Shown: positions 50,441 through 63,080 of the stretch, piece by piece
How positions within the stretch are numbered: the first letter of the stretch is position 1
Layout: each line of letters begins with the position of its first letter
NCBI RefSeq assembly: GCF_048593235.1
Contig: NC_133622.1
Location: 170,996,001-171,060,000 of the forward strand
Direction: 5' to 3'
DNA from: Sminthopsis crassicaudata
Taxonomy: Eukaryota
Length of the DNA: 64,000 nucleotides
Translations under genes and position numbers: made by a program
The notes under the pieces: generated by a model
What the model was told of the DNA's origin: nothing
Seen by the model: only the letters and a program-made list of their open reading frames with translations
The model's database searches: none

Positions 50441-50579
50441 TCTTCAATTCTTCTTTAATTTTATACAAACTAAACCATGGCTTAGCCATCACTTGTTGTA
50501 AATCTTAGTTCCCCACCAATTTTAGTGCTCCTTCTTAGAAGAGACATTTCCTTTTTTTTCAAGATTGAAATGAGATACT

Positions 50580-51665
50580 TTTATTTTATTTTGTTTTTTT
50601 GTTTTTTTCTAATAATAGCCCTTTATTTTCAAAAATATATGCAAAATAGTTTTTAACATTCACAATTGCAAAACCTTGTATTCCAAATTTTTCTCCTTTC
50701 CTTCTTCCCACCTCTTCCCCTAGCAAGTAATCCAATATATGATAGACATGTACAATTCTTCTATACATATTTCCACACCTATCATGCTGCACCAAAAAAA
50801 AAATCAGATCAAAAAAGGAGAAAAAAATGAGAAAGAAAACAAAAAGCAAGCAAACAACAAAAAAGGTGAAAATGCTATGTTATATATATTCAGTCCCAAT
50901 AGTCCTCTTTTTGGATGCAGATGGATCTCTCCATCACAACTCTATTAGAATTGGCCTGAGTCATTTCATTGTTGAGAGAGTCACATCCAGCAGCATTGAT
51001 ATAATCTTGTAGTTGCTCTGTACAATGTTCTCTTGGTTCTACTCACTTCACTTAGCATCAGTTCATATAAGTCTCTCCAGGCCTGTCTGAAATCATCCAT
51101 TTCTTATAGAACAAAAATATTCCATTTGCATAGTATTAGAATTAATTGTTCTTTAAATGTTTAATAGAATTCACTTGTAAGTCCATGTGACTCTGGAAAT
51201 TTTTTTCTGGGGGAGTTCATTAATAGATTGTTTAATTTATTTTTCTAAAATGGAGCTACTTAATCAATTTATTTCCTCCTCTATTAATCTGGGCAATCTA
51301 TATTTTTGTAAGTATTCATCCATTTCTCTTAGATTATCAGATTTATTGGAATACAATTGAGTAAAATAGGTTCTAATTATTGCTCTAATTTCCTCTTCAT
51401 TGGTAGAAAGTTCACTTTATTCATTTTTTATATTAGCAATTTATTTATTTTTATTTTTCTAATCAAATTAACTAAAAGCTTATATATGTTGATGTTTTAT
51501 TCCCATAAAACTAACTCTTAGTTATGTTTATTAGTTCATTTTTTTTACTTTCAATTTTACTAATCTCTCTTTATTTTCAGAATTTCAAATTTGATATTTA
51601 ATTTGGGGTGTTAATTTGTTCTTTTTCTAGATTTTTTTTTAGTTGTAGGCCCAATTCATTGATCT
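50580..51665 (-). mobile_element. L1 with 3'UTR joined directly to an internal ORF2 segment
   Basis: 3'UTR at 50580-~51125, then gaattcacttgtaagtccatgtgactctggaaatttt (internal ORF2) in the same orientation. Confidence 0.75.
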
Positions 51666-51743
51666 TTTAGGAGAAACATTTTCTGACCCCTCTTCTGGGC
51701 TTCCCATCCCTCCACCAAAATCACTTTGCATGTATTCTATGTA

Positions 51744-52042
51744 CATCCCTTCCACATTGTGACTTTCAATATATCTCAGTTTCACTGTGACAAAGGTTGA
51801 CATAAGAAATTTCATGGGAATTTTTATGGAAATTTGTAGAAAACAAGGACAATTGATGACACAAAGTTTAGAAACTCAGAAATGCAAAAGAAAACATATA
51901 TTACTAAATGCAGCACATAAAAGAAAAATTAAAAATTAAGATTTCTTTTCTGGTATGATAGGATATGAAAAAAATTTAAGTGGATGTTCTAGATCCTAGG
52001 GGTGTTATGCCTTTAATATCCAAAATGTGGAAGAGATAACTG
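51744..52042. mobile_element. Tc1/mariner (Tigger-like) MITE
   Basis: Inverted termini catcccttccacatt ... aatgtggaagagataactg, with TA immediately to the left (51742-51743). Confidence 0.6.
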
Positions 52043-52159
52043 TCTGTTGTTTGGTTTTTATTGTTGTTGTTGTTTTTTGTTGTTATTTTTTTTTACTAAT
52101 GGGTCATTAATACTGGCATATTATTTCTCCTGGGAAAATGCAAACTTATTGAGGGTAAA

Positions 52160-52360
52160 AAATGTTCAAGAGGCCTAAGTTCAAATTTGTCCTCAGATGC
52201 TTTAGATATGTGTCTCTGGGTAAGTCCCTTAATACTGTTTGCCTCAGTTTACTCATTTGTAACATGCACTGGAGAAGGAAATGATAAACCACTCCAATAT
52301 CTTTGCCAAGAAAACCCCAAATGGGGTCACAAAGAGTTAGAAATAATAGAACAATAATAA
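52160..52360 (+). mobile_element. MAR1-type SINE
   Basis: CORE plus tail ggagaaggaaatgataaaccactccaatatctttgccaagaaaaccccaaatgggg. Confidence 0.75.
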
Positions 52361-52934
52361 ATACTTCTTGGATTGAATTACTTCAAACAGAAGCATTCTC
52401 CTGAAAATGTTCACAGAAAGTAAAAACACACAAAAATACTTTATTGCCAAATGATAAAAAAAAAATCATACTTAAAGGGGAAAAAAATCAATTCCACTAT
52501 TCTTGAGCTCAAAAGAAAATGAACACTTATTCTGATGTCTTTCTATGCTTCATGGAAAGCCACAATTACACCACATCAAGTCTTCATTTGTACATCAAAT
52601 TATGATTTTCCACTGGAATAAGCCTGCAAAAATGACTTTGTAAGATATGTCAAAACTTAGGAAATGAAAAGCACATAGGCTTGGTTCAATCTTTTGAGCA
52701 CAGAAAGATCAAACATAATAGAAAAACAAATACACTAGTGGATTTCATGTAGTCTCTTAAAAATATTTGTTAAATGAAAAAGGGTTTTAGAAAATTATGT
52801 GCTACTTTTATCATTGCATTCATGATTTATATTACATAGTAAGGTCAACAAAATGTCCAGAATATTTTAATTAGAACTAGTGTCCTTTCCACATGGCTTA
52901 ACAGTTTATAAATAGGACAACAGCCAGTCACAAT

Positions 52935-53152
52935 TGATAGAATGGCCAGGCCCGCAGTTAGGAAGTGAGTTAAAATCTGGCCTTGGACACTAGCTGTGCA
53001 ATATCAGGCTAATCACTTAACTTGTTTGCCTCAGTTTCCTCATTTGTAAAAAATAAGCTGGAGAGACAAACCATTCCAGCTCTTTGCCAAGAAAACTCCA
53101 AATAGGGTCATATAGAGTTAGATGTGACTGAAAATGACTGAACAACAACAAA
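52935..53152 (-). mobile_element. MAR1-type SINE
   Basis: Reverse CORE followed by tail fragments. Confidence 0.6.
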
Positions 53153-55058
53153 TTTATTAACTGCTGCTGATAGACTAGATATTGTGTTAAGGATGGGTAA
53201 TACAAAAAAAGGTCAAAAGAACTCCAGTCCTTTCCACTCAAGGAACTCACATTCTGATGAAGGAGATCACATATAAAGTAAATAAAAATATAAAGTATAT
53301 AAAGTTATAGGCAAGATGCCTAACAGAGTAGATAGAGGGTAAACTGAGAGAAGAAGAGCAGCTGGACAACAAGGAATGATTTCCTAAATAAGAAGAGATT
53401 TGAGTTGTATCTTAAAGGTTTAAGATAAAAGGAACCTTGTTAGTTAAGACTTTTTTTTCAGGATAAGCATGTCACCCTGGCCTCCCAACTGGCTTCACAT
53501 CCTACTGTTTTTGCCTGCCATGAAGCTGACGTATTTGGATCTCAAGGGCATATCATTTCTTTTTGCTAAGAGGATAAACCTCAAGAAAGTTGACTCAGTC
53601 TAAGCTCCTTTCTTATGCAATAAATTTTTCTGCAGCTATTGTTTCTCTACCCAAACTTACTCAATGGTTAGCATGCTTTTGTGCCTTCATACTAATGATG
53701 TTTATAAATATACACACTTACATAGCTACATATGCATACATATTTGTGTCTAATGGTAGCTATCTCTAGGGTGGGAGGGAAGGGGAAAAGAAATTTACTT
53801 GAAAACTTTATTATATATTTAATAGAGATAGAAAGTTGTATGTAATCTATTTGCAGTTTCATGTGCAATCTTTTCTTTTTATTCTACTATGTTAGAGAAA
53901 TGGTTTTTATTACATAAAGTTTTAATTAAAAAAAAAAATAAAAGAAAGCTTGCTAGCTATGAGCCAACATATTGGTGAATGAAGTAAGTAAACCTAAGAG
54001 ATCAGTGAAAAGAGGATTGGAATCCTGTTCAATTACCTGGGGTTCAAGATCACTGAAATCATGAGTATGAAGAGATAAAAGCATGCTAATCATTGAGCAG
54101 TGAATTTAGGTGGAGAAACAATGGCTGCAGACAAATTCATTGCAGGGGAAAGGAGTTTAAACTGTTTGAGTTAATTTTCTTGAAGTTTAGTTTCCTAGCA
54201 AAGAAAGATGATATACCCTTGGTCAAATGGACCAGTTTCATTCATGGCAGTCAAGAACAGTTGGCTGCGAGGCTATTTGGGAGACCAGGGTGACTTGCTT
54301 ATCCTGAAGAAAATCTTAGAAATCAAGAACTGGAAGAGATCTTGTTCTGTAGGGCAGCCTAGCCCTGGAGATGATCCTTTGGCAGGATCCTTCTAGGTTG
54401 GGACATGGGAAGTACTGCTCCCCTTCCTTCATCCCACTCCCCCAGCTGTTCATCCCTTTATTCAAATACAGCCATGAAGAATTTGATGTGACCAATTTAT
54501 GCCTATTATATGCACACACAGTTCTGGCTCATTAACCAAGCAAAAAGGCCTGTCTTCACATGAAGTAAGATGAAAGGAAATAGTCAGAGAATACATGTGA
54601 ATGCTCTGAAGTGGAGGCTCATCAAGCATTTGTACATGTTCCCAAGCCTCAGCCTTCATCAGCCAGTCATCTTTGTCTCTTCTGTTAGCTAGATTGCCTG
54701 TAAGGATTTTTTCAATGCTAAATCTATCACCTGACCAGTTAGCTATAGATGATGACTTTAAGATATATCTAAAAAGCAAAAGTAAAGTCTGATCATGTTA
54801 GGAACATGTGTCATAATATAATATAATATAATACACAATACGCATATATAATATATATATGAAACTTATATGGATATATTATATGCATATATGTCATACA
54901 TCATAGAATATGTAATATATAATATATAAAATGTTTTGTATATTTATATATGTGCACATACACATACATAGATAGAAATATAAACATACAGGCATGTATA
55001 CATGTGTGTATATCAAATGCTTATATATCATATCCACTGATGTGTATATAAACATGTG

Positions 55059-55120
<62 letters not shown>

Positions 55121-56269
55121 CCTCCCAAGAAGAAGAAAACAATGGAAAAGGGGTTAATAGTTGGTGGAAGGAAGGCACATGATGAGAGCCACAGCTTCAA
55201 AAGATCTCCCCCTTCTTCAAAAGACTGGATACTAGGATGGTGGCTTTAAACTTATAGAGAGTGGACTACATCATTCAGTGTTTCTACAGTGTTCATGATG
55301 TTTCTGGGTGTATCTGAATTTCTGTCTCTGAGTCAGTGCTTACAAGAATCCAACCATAGTTTCCCATTCTGGGAGATTTTTCTCCATTTTCTTCCATAGA
55401 AGACTGAAAAAGCCCAAGGTCTGATGTCTTCTTCTAGATCTGTATCTATCTGTTAGCTTTTACTCTTACTTCACATTTTCAACTAGTCTTTGGTTTGGTC
55501 TTTGTGCCTCAAGTCAATCGCTATTCTCGTCCATCTTCCACATAACTATCAGATTGAATGTCTTTAAATACATGTTTGACCAACACCCCTGACTCAATAA
55601 AATTCAATAAAATCCAGCATGTCCCTATTACCTTCAGAATCTAATATAAAGCACTGTAGCTTTTAAGGGTCTTTTAAAGAGCTACCTATCCTCCTTTCTA
55701 ATATTCCCTTACCTTCTTCCCTTCCATGCACTTTGAGTCAGTGATGCTGATCTCCTTTTTGTTCCTTATACAAGACACTCCAATCTTTTAATTCTGCACA
55801 TTTTCATTGGTTTCCCTTCCTGCTTGGAAAATATTCCAAAATATTCAGCTACACTTTCTAGTTTCCCAACAGTTCCCAACTAAAGTCCCACTTTCTACAG
55901 GAAGAATTTCCAGACTTTTTAATGCTAGAGCCTTTCCTCAGAGATGATTTCCAACATACATGTGTGTACTCATGTATATATTAATATATATATATATGTG
56001 TATATAAATATATATACATATATACACAATGCATGTGCACATGTGTATATGTATACAAAGTATATGCATGGATCATTTATACATAGTTACTGATAGATTA
56101 CCTTCCACATTTGATTGAGTTCTTTGAGATCAGAGACTATGTTGCATTTCTTTGTATCTCCCATGTTTAGCACAGAATCTAATGAATCCTTAATAGAATA
56201 CTTCAGTTGACTTGACTAATTGCAAATGAATACTGATTAGGGCAACTTTATGTAGGATATACTGAACAT

Positions 56270-56995
56270 GGATTAATTTTTAATAGTATTTTATTTTTTC
56301 AAATACATGCAAAGATAGTTTTCAACATTCACCTTTGCAAAACATTGAATCCATAACTTTTTTTTCCCTTTTCCCCCTCTCCAAGACAGCAAACAACCCA
56401 ATATAGGTTAAACATGTGAAATTCTTCTAAACATATTTATATATTTATTATTCAAGAAAAATCAAGAATTTTTTAAAAACCATGAGAAAAATAAAGCAAG
56501 CAAACAACAGCAACAAAAGGTGAAAATATTATGTCTTAATCCACATTCGTTCTCCATAGTTTTCTTTTGGAATGTAGATGGCTTTGCCATCACAAGTCTA
56601 TGGCTATTGCCTTGAATCACTTCCTTATTGAAAAGAGCTAAGTCCATCCCAGCTGATCATCAGAAAATCATGTTGCTACTGTCTATAGTGTTCTCTTGGT
56701 TTTGTTCACTTCACTTAGCTTCATTTCAATTAAGTCTTTTCAGGCTTTTTTTGAGATAAGCTTGCTCATCACTTTTTTACAAAACAATAATATTTCATTA
56801 CATTCATATATCAAATTATTCAGCCACTCCCCTGATGGACATCCACTCAATTTCTAGTTCCTTGCCACTACATAAAAGATTGCTATGTTTTTTTTTGTTT
56901 TGCACATGTGGGTTCTTTTCCCTCTTCTTTGGGATGATAGTACCCAGTGGAAACACTGCTGGATATGCACAGTTTTATAGCCCTTTGGGCATATG
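56270..56995 (-). mobile_element. L1 3'UTR / ORF2 end
   Basis: Homologous to 50580-51120 and 1-965. Confidence 0.8.
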
Positions 56996-57128
56996 AACTT
57001 GAATTCATTAAAACTGCTTTTGCCACAGGGTTCCAGCCATCCAATATGCATCTTTCTTACTATCTATCAATATTACCAGGATCTCAATGGAGTACTACTT
57101 CACATGTTACTAGCTGATGATAATATTC

Positions 57129-57140
<12 letters not shown>

Positions 57141-57174
<34 letters not shown>

Positions 57175-57306
57175 GCAAGGGCGGGAAGGGGAAGAGGCAA
57201 TTGGGCTTATGTGATTTGCTCAAGGTTACACAGATAGTAAATGGATGAGGTCAATTTTGAATTCAAGTCCTCCTGATTCCAGGGCCAGTGATCTATCCAC
57301 TGCACT
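57141..57306 (-). mobile_element. WSINE1-like SINE with long poly-T
   Basis: T run 57141-57173, then reverse SINE body (tgaattcaagtcctcctgattccagggccagtgatctatccactgcac). Confidence 0.75.
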
Positions 57307-58796
57307 AATCAAATAAGATCTTTAAAGTATTAAAGCTCTATGTAAATATGTGATTATTTTTCACTTTAATTCTTGGGAGATTATAATAGTATTCTTTGAC
57401 TTGTGGTCATACTGTATAATTTGAAAAGGGAGATTGATAAGCATCACAAAGGTATGGATGCTATGTAGTTGGAAAGAGTGTCTTAATTTGTCAAATCTGT
57501 ATCCTTTTACAACTAGAAAAAAAAGGCCTTTGAAAATCAGAAGAGGTATGAATTCTAAAATCCTGACATTGATACTACCTGCTAACAGCTCAAATAATCT
57601 ACTTCATGTTCTAATACATTTAGAGGGTGTTACTTGTTTAAAAAAAATCTATAGACTCCTTGATTGCTATTTTCTCTTAGATAGACTGAACACAGTAAAA
57701 ATACACTTGCCAATGTCATCTTTGAAAACTGTATGCATAGGCAATCCTAATTAGGCTGTGCTCAATACTTTGCATTATACAACATTGTGCTTCCAGCCTG
57801 GGCTGATTAAGAATGAGTGGCATTCACCACTCAGCCCCTAAATTGCTGTAATTATTGACAATCGTTATGATTTCCACATAAGTGTAGTGGACTTTTTTTA
57901 TCTTCCTCCCAATCCCATCCCCTCATCTTGTAAAGTTGTAGGCAAGCCCCTCAGAGGAGAAAAAAGATAGCTTACTCTGTGTGTCCTAAAATAAAAGCAG
58001 CTATATTTAGTTCCTAGTGATGTGAAGGTAATGTGATTTGCTCATTATATCATGACGAGATGCCTTTAGGAGACATACATTGATCAAACATATTTTCCTT
58101 TTTTATTTCAAATTAAACATTTCAGCTTTGGGCCAAACAATTGCTGTTTCTGAAAATCTGGAATTCAAAGAAGAAATAAAGTGATTTAGCCATCATTTCT
58201 TTTGTGAATAGGAAAAATCTTTATTCAATTCTCTTAAAAAGGTTTTTGTTTGTTTCTCTGTGCATTTGTTTATTTTAGATAAGAAAAAAGTAATGGTTAG
58301 AGCATGAGGATATGGAAAAGGGAAGATGCTAAGGAAAGAAATGTCTCATTTCACATCTGACCAGGACTTTCTAATGAACAATTCATTTTATTAGGGTTTC
58401 CTAACAAATAATCTTTTGAAACCAGTTGGCATGTTGAATCATAATTAAAAGATAATATTTGCAATATACAAAGCTTGGCTAATAAAGATTCACATGTTAT
58501 ATTTTCATATGATATAGCAAATGTATAATAACAAACAGGAAAATTATTCAGCTCAAAAGTTTCCTCTTATCTCACAGGACAGTGAGAGTTAAAGATAATG
58601 TATGCAAATTAATTTGTATCACTTTGTGACAATTTACATGAAAATGTGTACAAGGAATTTCATATATATTTAAGCACTGTATGTGTCTCTTATTAATATG
58701 TTTTCCTTGTGGTTACAAACATATCAGAATCAAATAATACCAGAAATCTGTATAAATGTATACATACATACATCACCACACACACATATATATGTA

Positions 58797-58830
<34 letters not shown>

Positions 58831-58860
58831 ATATATATAATATATATGGCAATAGAAAAC

Positions 58861-60798
58861 TCAAACCAACAGATGCACTAGACTGAGTAGCCATAGACTT
58901 CATCCTCTCTGGTCTGCCTGCCCTCTGCTGCACTCCACCCACCCCAGAGACACTCTTCACCTCTTTCTTTCTCCCCATTTCTCCTCCGTCAGCCTATAGG
59001 AACCCCTTACCTTCCCTTCTGTCCCCAGCTTTTATTCCCTCCTTCCCTTCATTCACCTAGTGTATCAAAGTTTACCTTCTACTTCCACCAATAAAGACTC
59101 AATCACTTTACAAAGTCAAGATTCTTTGAACACTGAATATGAATACTGGTGTGATTGAAGGGAGATTTAGTGTCACTCTCCCATTCAGCTACTTCTGCAT
59201 GGAAAGGAAGTTGGAAGTATCATTGGAAAGAAAGAAGAATGGGTTGAGAAGATACACGAAGAGTGGTAAAAACATCTCAGAAGGGAATTGTCCTGACAAA
59301 ATAATTACTCTTTCTGGACATACCAGTGCCATCTTTAAAGTCTTTGCTATGATAACTGGCAAATTTAAAGAAGACATTAGCAGTTCCATGATCAATAATA
59401 TAGCTGCCAGTTGACCACCACTCCCCCAGTCACCCTTAGACTTATGGTTCTTGCTAAACAGTGAGGCTCTCTCATGAGAAGAAGAGGATGTAATATCAAG
59501 GAAATAAGATCATACAGGGGCACAGGTTCAGGGGGCAGGGGATATGCTACCAACTCAATTGAGCATTATATCACTATTCTTGATATCCTACAGTCTATCA
59601 TTGAGAGTGTCAAATAGATCTGCATAGTCATTTGGGAGATCTCTTTCAGTCTCCCCTAACAGCTATGATGATACCGTGCCAATTGGTTCAGTTCTCCAGT
59701 CATCTTTGTAGTGGTCAAATCTCTACCATTCAAAGACAGTGTGCCATTCCACAGACACATTTATCATTGGAGGGACTGGTGCATCATTTGGCAATGCAAG
59801 ATTCTTATTTTCCCATGAGACATGGCAAGACCAGATTAAATGCAGGTTTGGGTACATCTGCTCAAACTATTTCTCACAAACTCACCATTCCAAATGATTT
59901 AATTAACTGCATATTTAGGCATTAAAGCACAAAAATCAATGATATTCATCTGGGATTCAGATAAAAAATGCAAATCCAGTGGAAGGATGTATTGATAGGC
60001 AGGTTAACATCACTGGATCGAAGGTCTATATTAGCCTGGCCCAGGATCTAATCAATGTCAGTTTGGAAGATGCTAACCCCTCCTCTCAGGCAGCTTCTGA
60101 CATGATCTCTGACCACCTCAGCATCAACTTCTCCTAATCCTCTACCCTGTCTTTTTCCTCCTTCCATACCATTATCCTTTTGCTCATTACAGTGAAGGCC
60201 TCTGATGCCACCTTGCAGTTCCACTAATTCCAACTACCCCTGTGCTTTCATTGTGCTTGGAATAAAGTCCATCTCTCTCCTAACTCTAAATATTGTTCTG
60301 CTTCTAAAAGTAGCAGGGCTTTGGATAACACCACCACCACTACCATGTTTAGAGTACCACCTGTAACTAACAAAGTTGAGAAATCAGTTTTCTCCCTAAT
60401 GATTTCATATTTCTGAAGTATTACTTCAAATGTATTTCTGGGTTTCATTTGTATGAATATCTATGTGTATATGTGTGTTAACACTGATGAGACTCAAATA
60501 ATTATTAGCTTTTAACCTTCCTTGGTATTTTATGGGGAAGAGGAGGATACTTATTTAATAGGTCCAGTTTGGTTGAGCTGAGTGTTTTCCTGTTTCAGGA
60601 TCTGTGATTTATTGAATTCCTTCTCTAGAGCTATAGCTATTTCTTCTTCCTTGTCCCTCTTTTTTACTATCCTTTTCTCCCTTCCCTCTTCCTGTTTTTC
60701 TTTTCATTTTCTGTACTTTTTTTTGCCTTACAAAAATGAGATGATAGGGAATGTGCTTAATGAATAAAGATTACTCTGTTTAAAAAAATAAAAGAAAG
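58861..60798 (+). pseudogene. PCBP2: PCBP2 (alphaCP2/hnRNP E2) full-length processed pseudogene
   Basis: ATG at 59139: MNTGVIEGRFSVTL../IQLLLHGKEVGSIIGKKE../NISEGNCPDKIITLSGHTSAIFKVFAMITGKFKEDISSSMINNIAAS*PPVTLRL...TIQRQCAIPQ...LAMQDSYFPMRHGKT..AGLGTSAQTISHKLTIPNDLINCIFRH*STKINDI../ANPVEGCIDRQVNITGS..ISLAQDLINVSLEDANPSSQAAS.... This is colinear with PCBP2 and has no introns. The CpG-decayed C-rich 5'UTR lies at 58861-59138, AATAAA at 60763-60768 and a decayed A-tail at 60782-60798. There are multiple stops and frameshifts. Confidence 0.96.
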
Positions 60799-62679
60799 AC
60801 AATAAACACCTTGGGCAGAAGACTGGAGATGTACTGTTGATTATAACTTGTGTCATAACATATAAGCTAACTTTATAGTTATAACCCACTTTACCCCAAA
60901 TTGTGGTAAACAGAGATGTTGGGCATAGTAATTGAGAATCTGAGATACTCTTTTCATTTCTATCATTCCCTTAGCTCATACAACATTGAGTAGAAGAGGA
61001 AAAACAGAAGATGTATAACTAATTTTATTTCCATTGGAAGTTGGCTTCCAAAATCCCTGAGATTTTTCCTACCTCTAAAATTCTGTGATGCAATAAATGT
61101 TCAGAAAGAAATATTTTTTTTATTTTTTTAAAGAAAGATATTTATTTATCAGAGAATATCAATCAATATTTGAATTTTTGCTTTCAAGTTGATATGGCCA
61201 ATAATATAATGTTCTAAAAGTCTTAGTAGAGTTTAAAGCTATTATTTTATATTATTGTATTTAAAACTTGATTATATTCTCTTGATATTTGTTTTTATTA
61301 TCATTACTTATCATATAAGCTTATAGATACATATATAAAATTATAACTATTAAGCAATACACTATACCTTAAAACTACATTAAGACTTTTCAGATACTTT
61401 GTATAGATATCCATTGTTATTTTCCCATGTGAATATTATCACTGTCAGAGTTTATAAGATAACAAATTGAGAGCTGGAAAGGATATTAGAGATCATCCAG
61501 TCCAACCATTTGTTTTGCAGAGGAGAAAATAGAGGTTGAGAAGAGTTTAATGAATTTAATAGGGCAACAAAGAAATAGGACCTCAACAGGAGTCTTCTTG
61601 ACTCCAGATCCAGCATTCTACCCACTACAAAATGCTGCCTCTCAGCCTTCTGTAGGGCATTAATTTCATTTGAAAGAGTTGCCAAAATAAATAAACAAAA
61701 AAATGTAATGACCATATTTAGTGACTGATTTGGCAAAATTCAGCATTTTTGGGTCCAAGAGTCTGCAATACTCTGGTGGTCTTTAGGCTGTGGAGCCCAA
61801 TCAGCCATATGCTGGTCCCAAACATCATTCATTTTTCCTCTTCCTGGCTGATAGGGGTTTTCTCCTCAGTGAATCTGAAGAAAATCTGAGGACCATGTGG
61901 ATCTTCAATGACAAGACCCATTTGCATTTCTGAGAAACATCTGGACACCAAAAATGGTGTGTGGTTTTTTTTGTCATTAAAAAAGGAAACTTGGGAATTA
62001 AAGTTGGGGGATTGAGGGTGGAGTGTGAGATAGGGGATATCATTGTCCCTTTTAACACACAATAAAAACCTGGAGTTCATCTATGTCATGCATAGCCAAT
62101 CTGTCCAATATAGCAAGAAAAGCTGTAAATGAGTTTTCTCAAAGGGCTGAGTGGGTGTGAAATCTTAGTTAGAAGATAGAATTCTAAAAACATTGCCTTT
62201 GTAAACTTTAGAAATCACAGCTGGGGTATAGCAGCTATCCTCTGTAATATATCAGACTCTCTAGGGTACCTTAGCATAGGCTGATTAGATGTATTGTGTG
62301 AGCTTGAATAATTCCTGATTATACATCCTTACTATAGAATGACTTTTTGGCATCCTTTGGCTTTCTTTACACATCCTGATAAGCATTCACAAATCAGAGA
62401 GCATTCTTTATCACATGGAGCTCTTTGGAATTAACTAATTAATTCATATTGTCCCTCCCCCTTTGTAATTTTTTTTTTAGTAGAAAGCAAACAAGGCATC
62501 TAGGAAGATGAAATAAGACTAGTATGGTTCTAACTATAGTATTAGGTTCTGTCCTTGATAACTGGATAAATCTTAGCCCTTATTAATAAGCTCCTAGTTG
62601 GTGTTTATGTAGTCCTGACTTACTTTAATATATGTGTCATTCTCATTCTAAGAAGCTGTAGAATGAGCAGCATCCACAT

Positions 62680-63080
62680 CCCATTAAATCCTCTCAGAAG
62701 ATGGATTAAACCAGGTTGAGGGTAATCAACAACCACCAGTGAGTTAGGATGATGTCTCCCATAAGCAGGCGAAGACTTCCCCCAGCAAAATGGGAATATG
62801 AAAATAATTTGTTACAACAGTCATGAAAGTGGATGAAACAGGAGCTGTCAAATACTTAGAGGTTAATCAGACATTGAAGAAACTAAGCTCATCCACTTCA
62901 TCCCAGGCCATCATCAGTGGTCCTGAATTTTGTCTTATCTTTGGATTTTTGTGCTTCTGGAAGACAGAATAAGGCTTTTGACTTTGTGAAATTCTGCCTC
63001 ACTTAAAACAATTTCACAGGACGGCCAAGACATCACTCCATGATGTTATTGGTTATCTTCAAAAATGAAGGATAAACAAC
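62680..63080 (+). mobile_element. RTE-related marsupial SINE
   Basis: Homologous to 42130-42412 and 14190-14530 (aataatttgttacaacag...cttcaaaaatgaaggataaacaac). Confidence 0.6.

Noticed and set aside
58880-59115. Apparent LTR (C-rich, AATAAA...TTACA) driving the PCBP2 retrocopy
   Set aside because: It is better explained as the CpG-decayed PCBP2 5'UTR, which runs continuously into the ATG.
59139-59925. ORFs 59139-59414 and 59632-59925 as an intact PCBP gene or PCBP1 ortholog
   Set aside because: They contain frameshifts, in-frame stops and broken GXXG loops, and the isoform structure differs from PCBP1.
58850-60809. TSD for the PCBP2 retrocopy (caatagaaaac / caataaacac)
   Set aside because: Too degenerate and A-rich to call.
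61829-62080. Minus-strand terminal-exon-like peptide RCFSEMQMGLVIEDPHGPQIFFRFTEEKTPISQEEEK*
   Set aside because: It looks protein-like with a possible acceptor at 61941, but I recognise no homolog and find no partner exons. A TBLASTN search would settle it.
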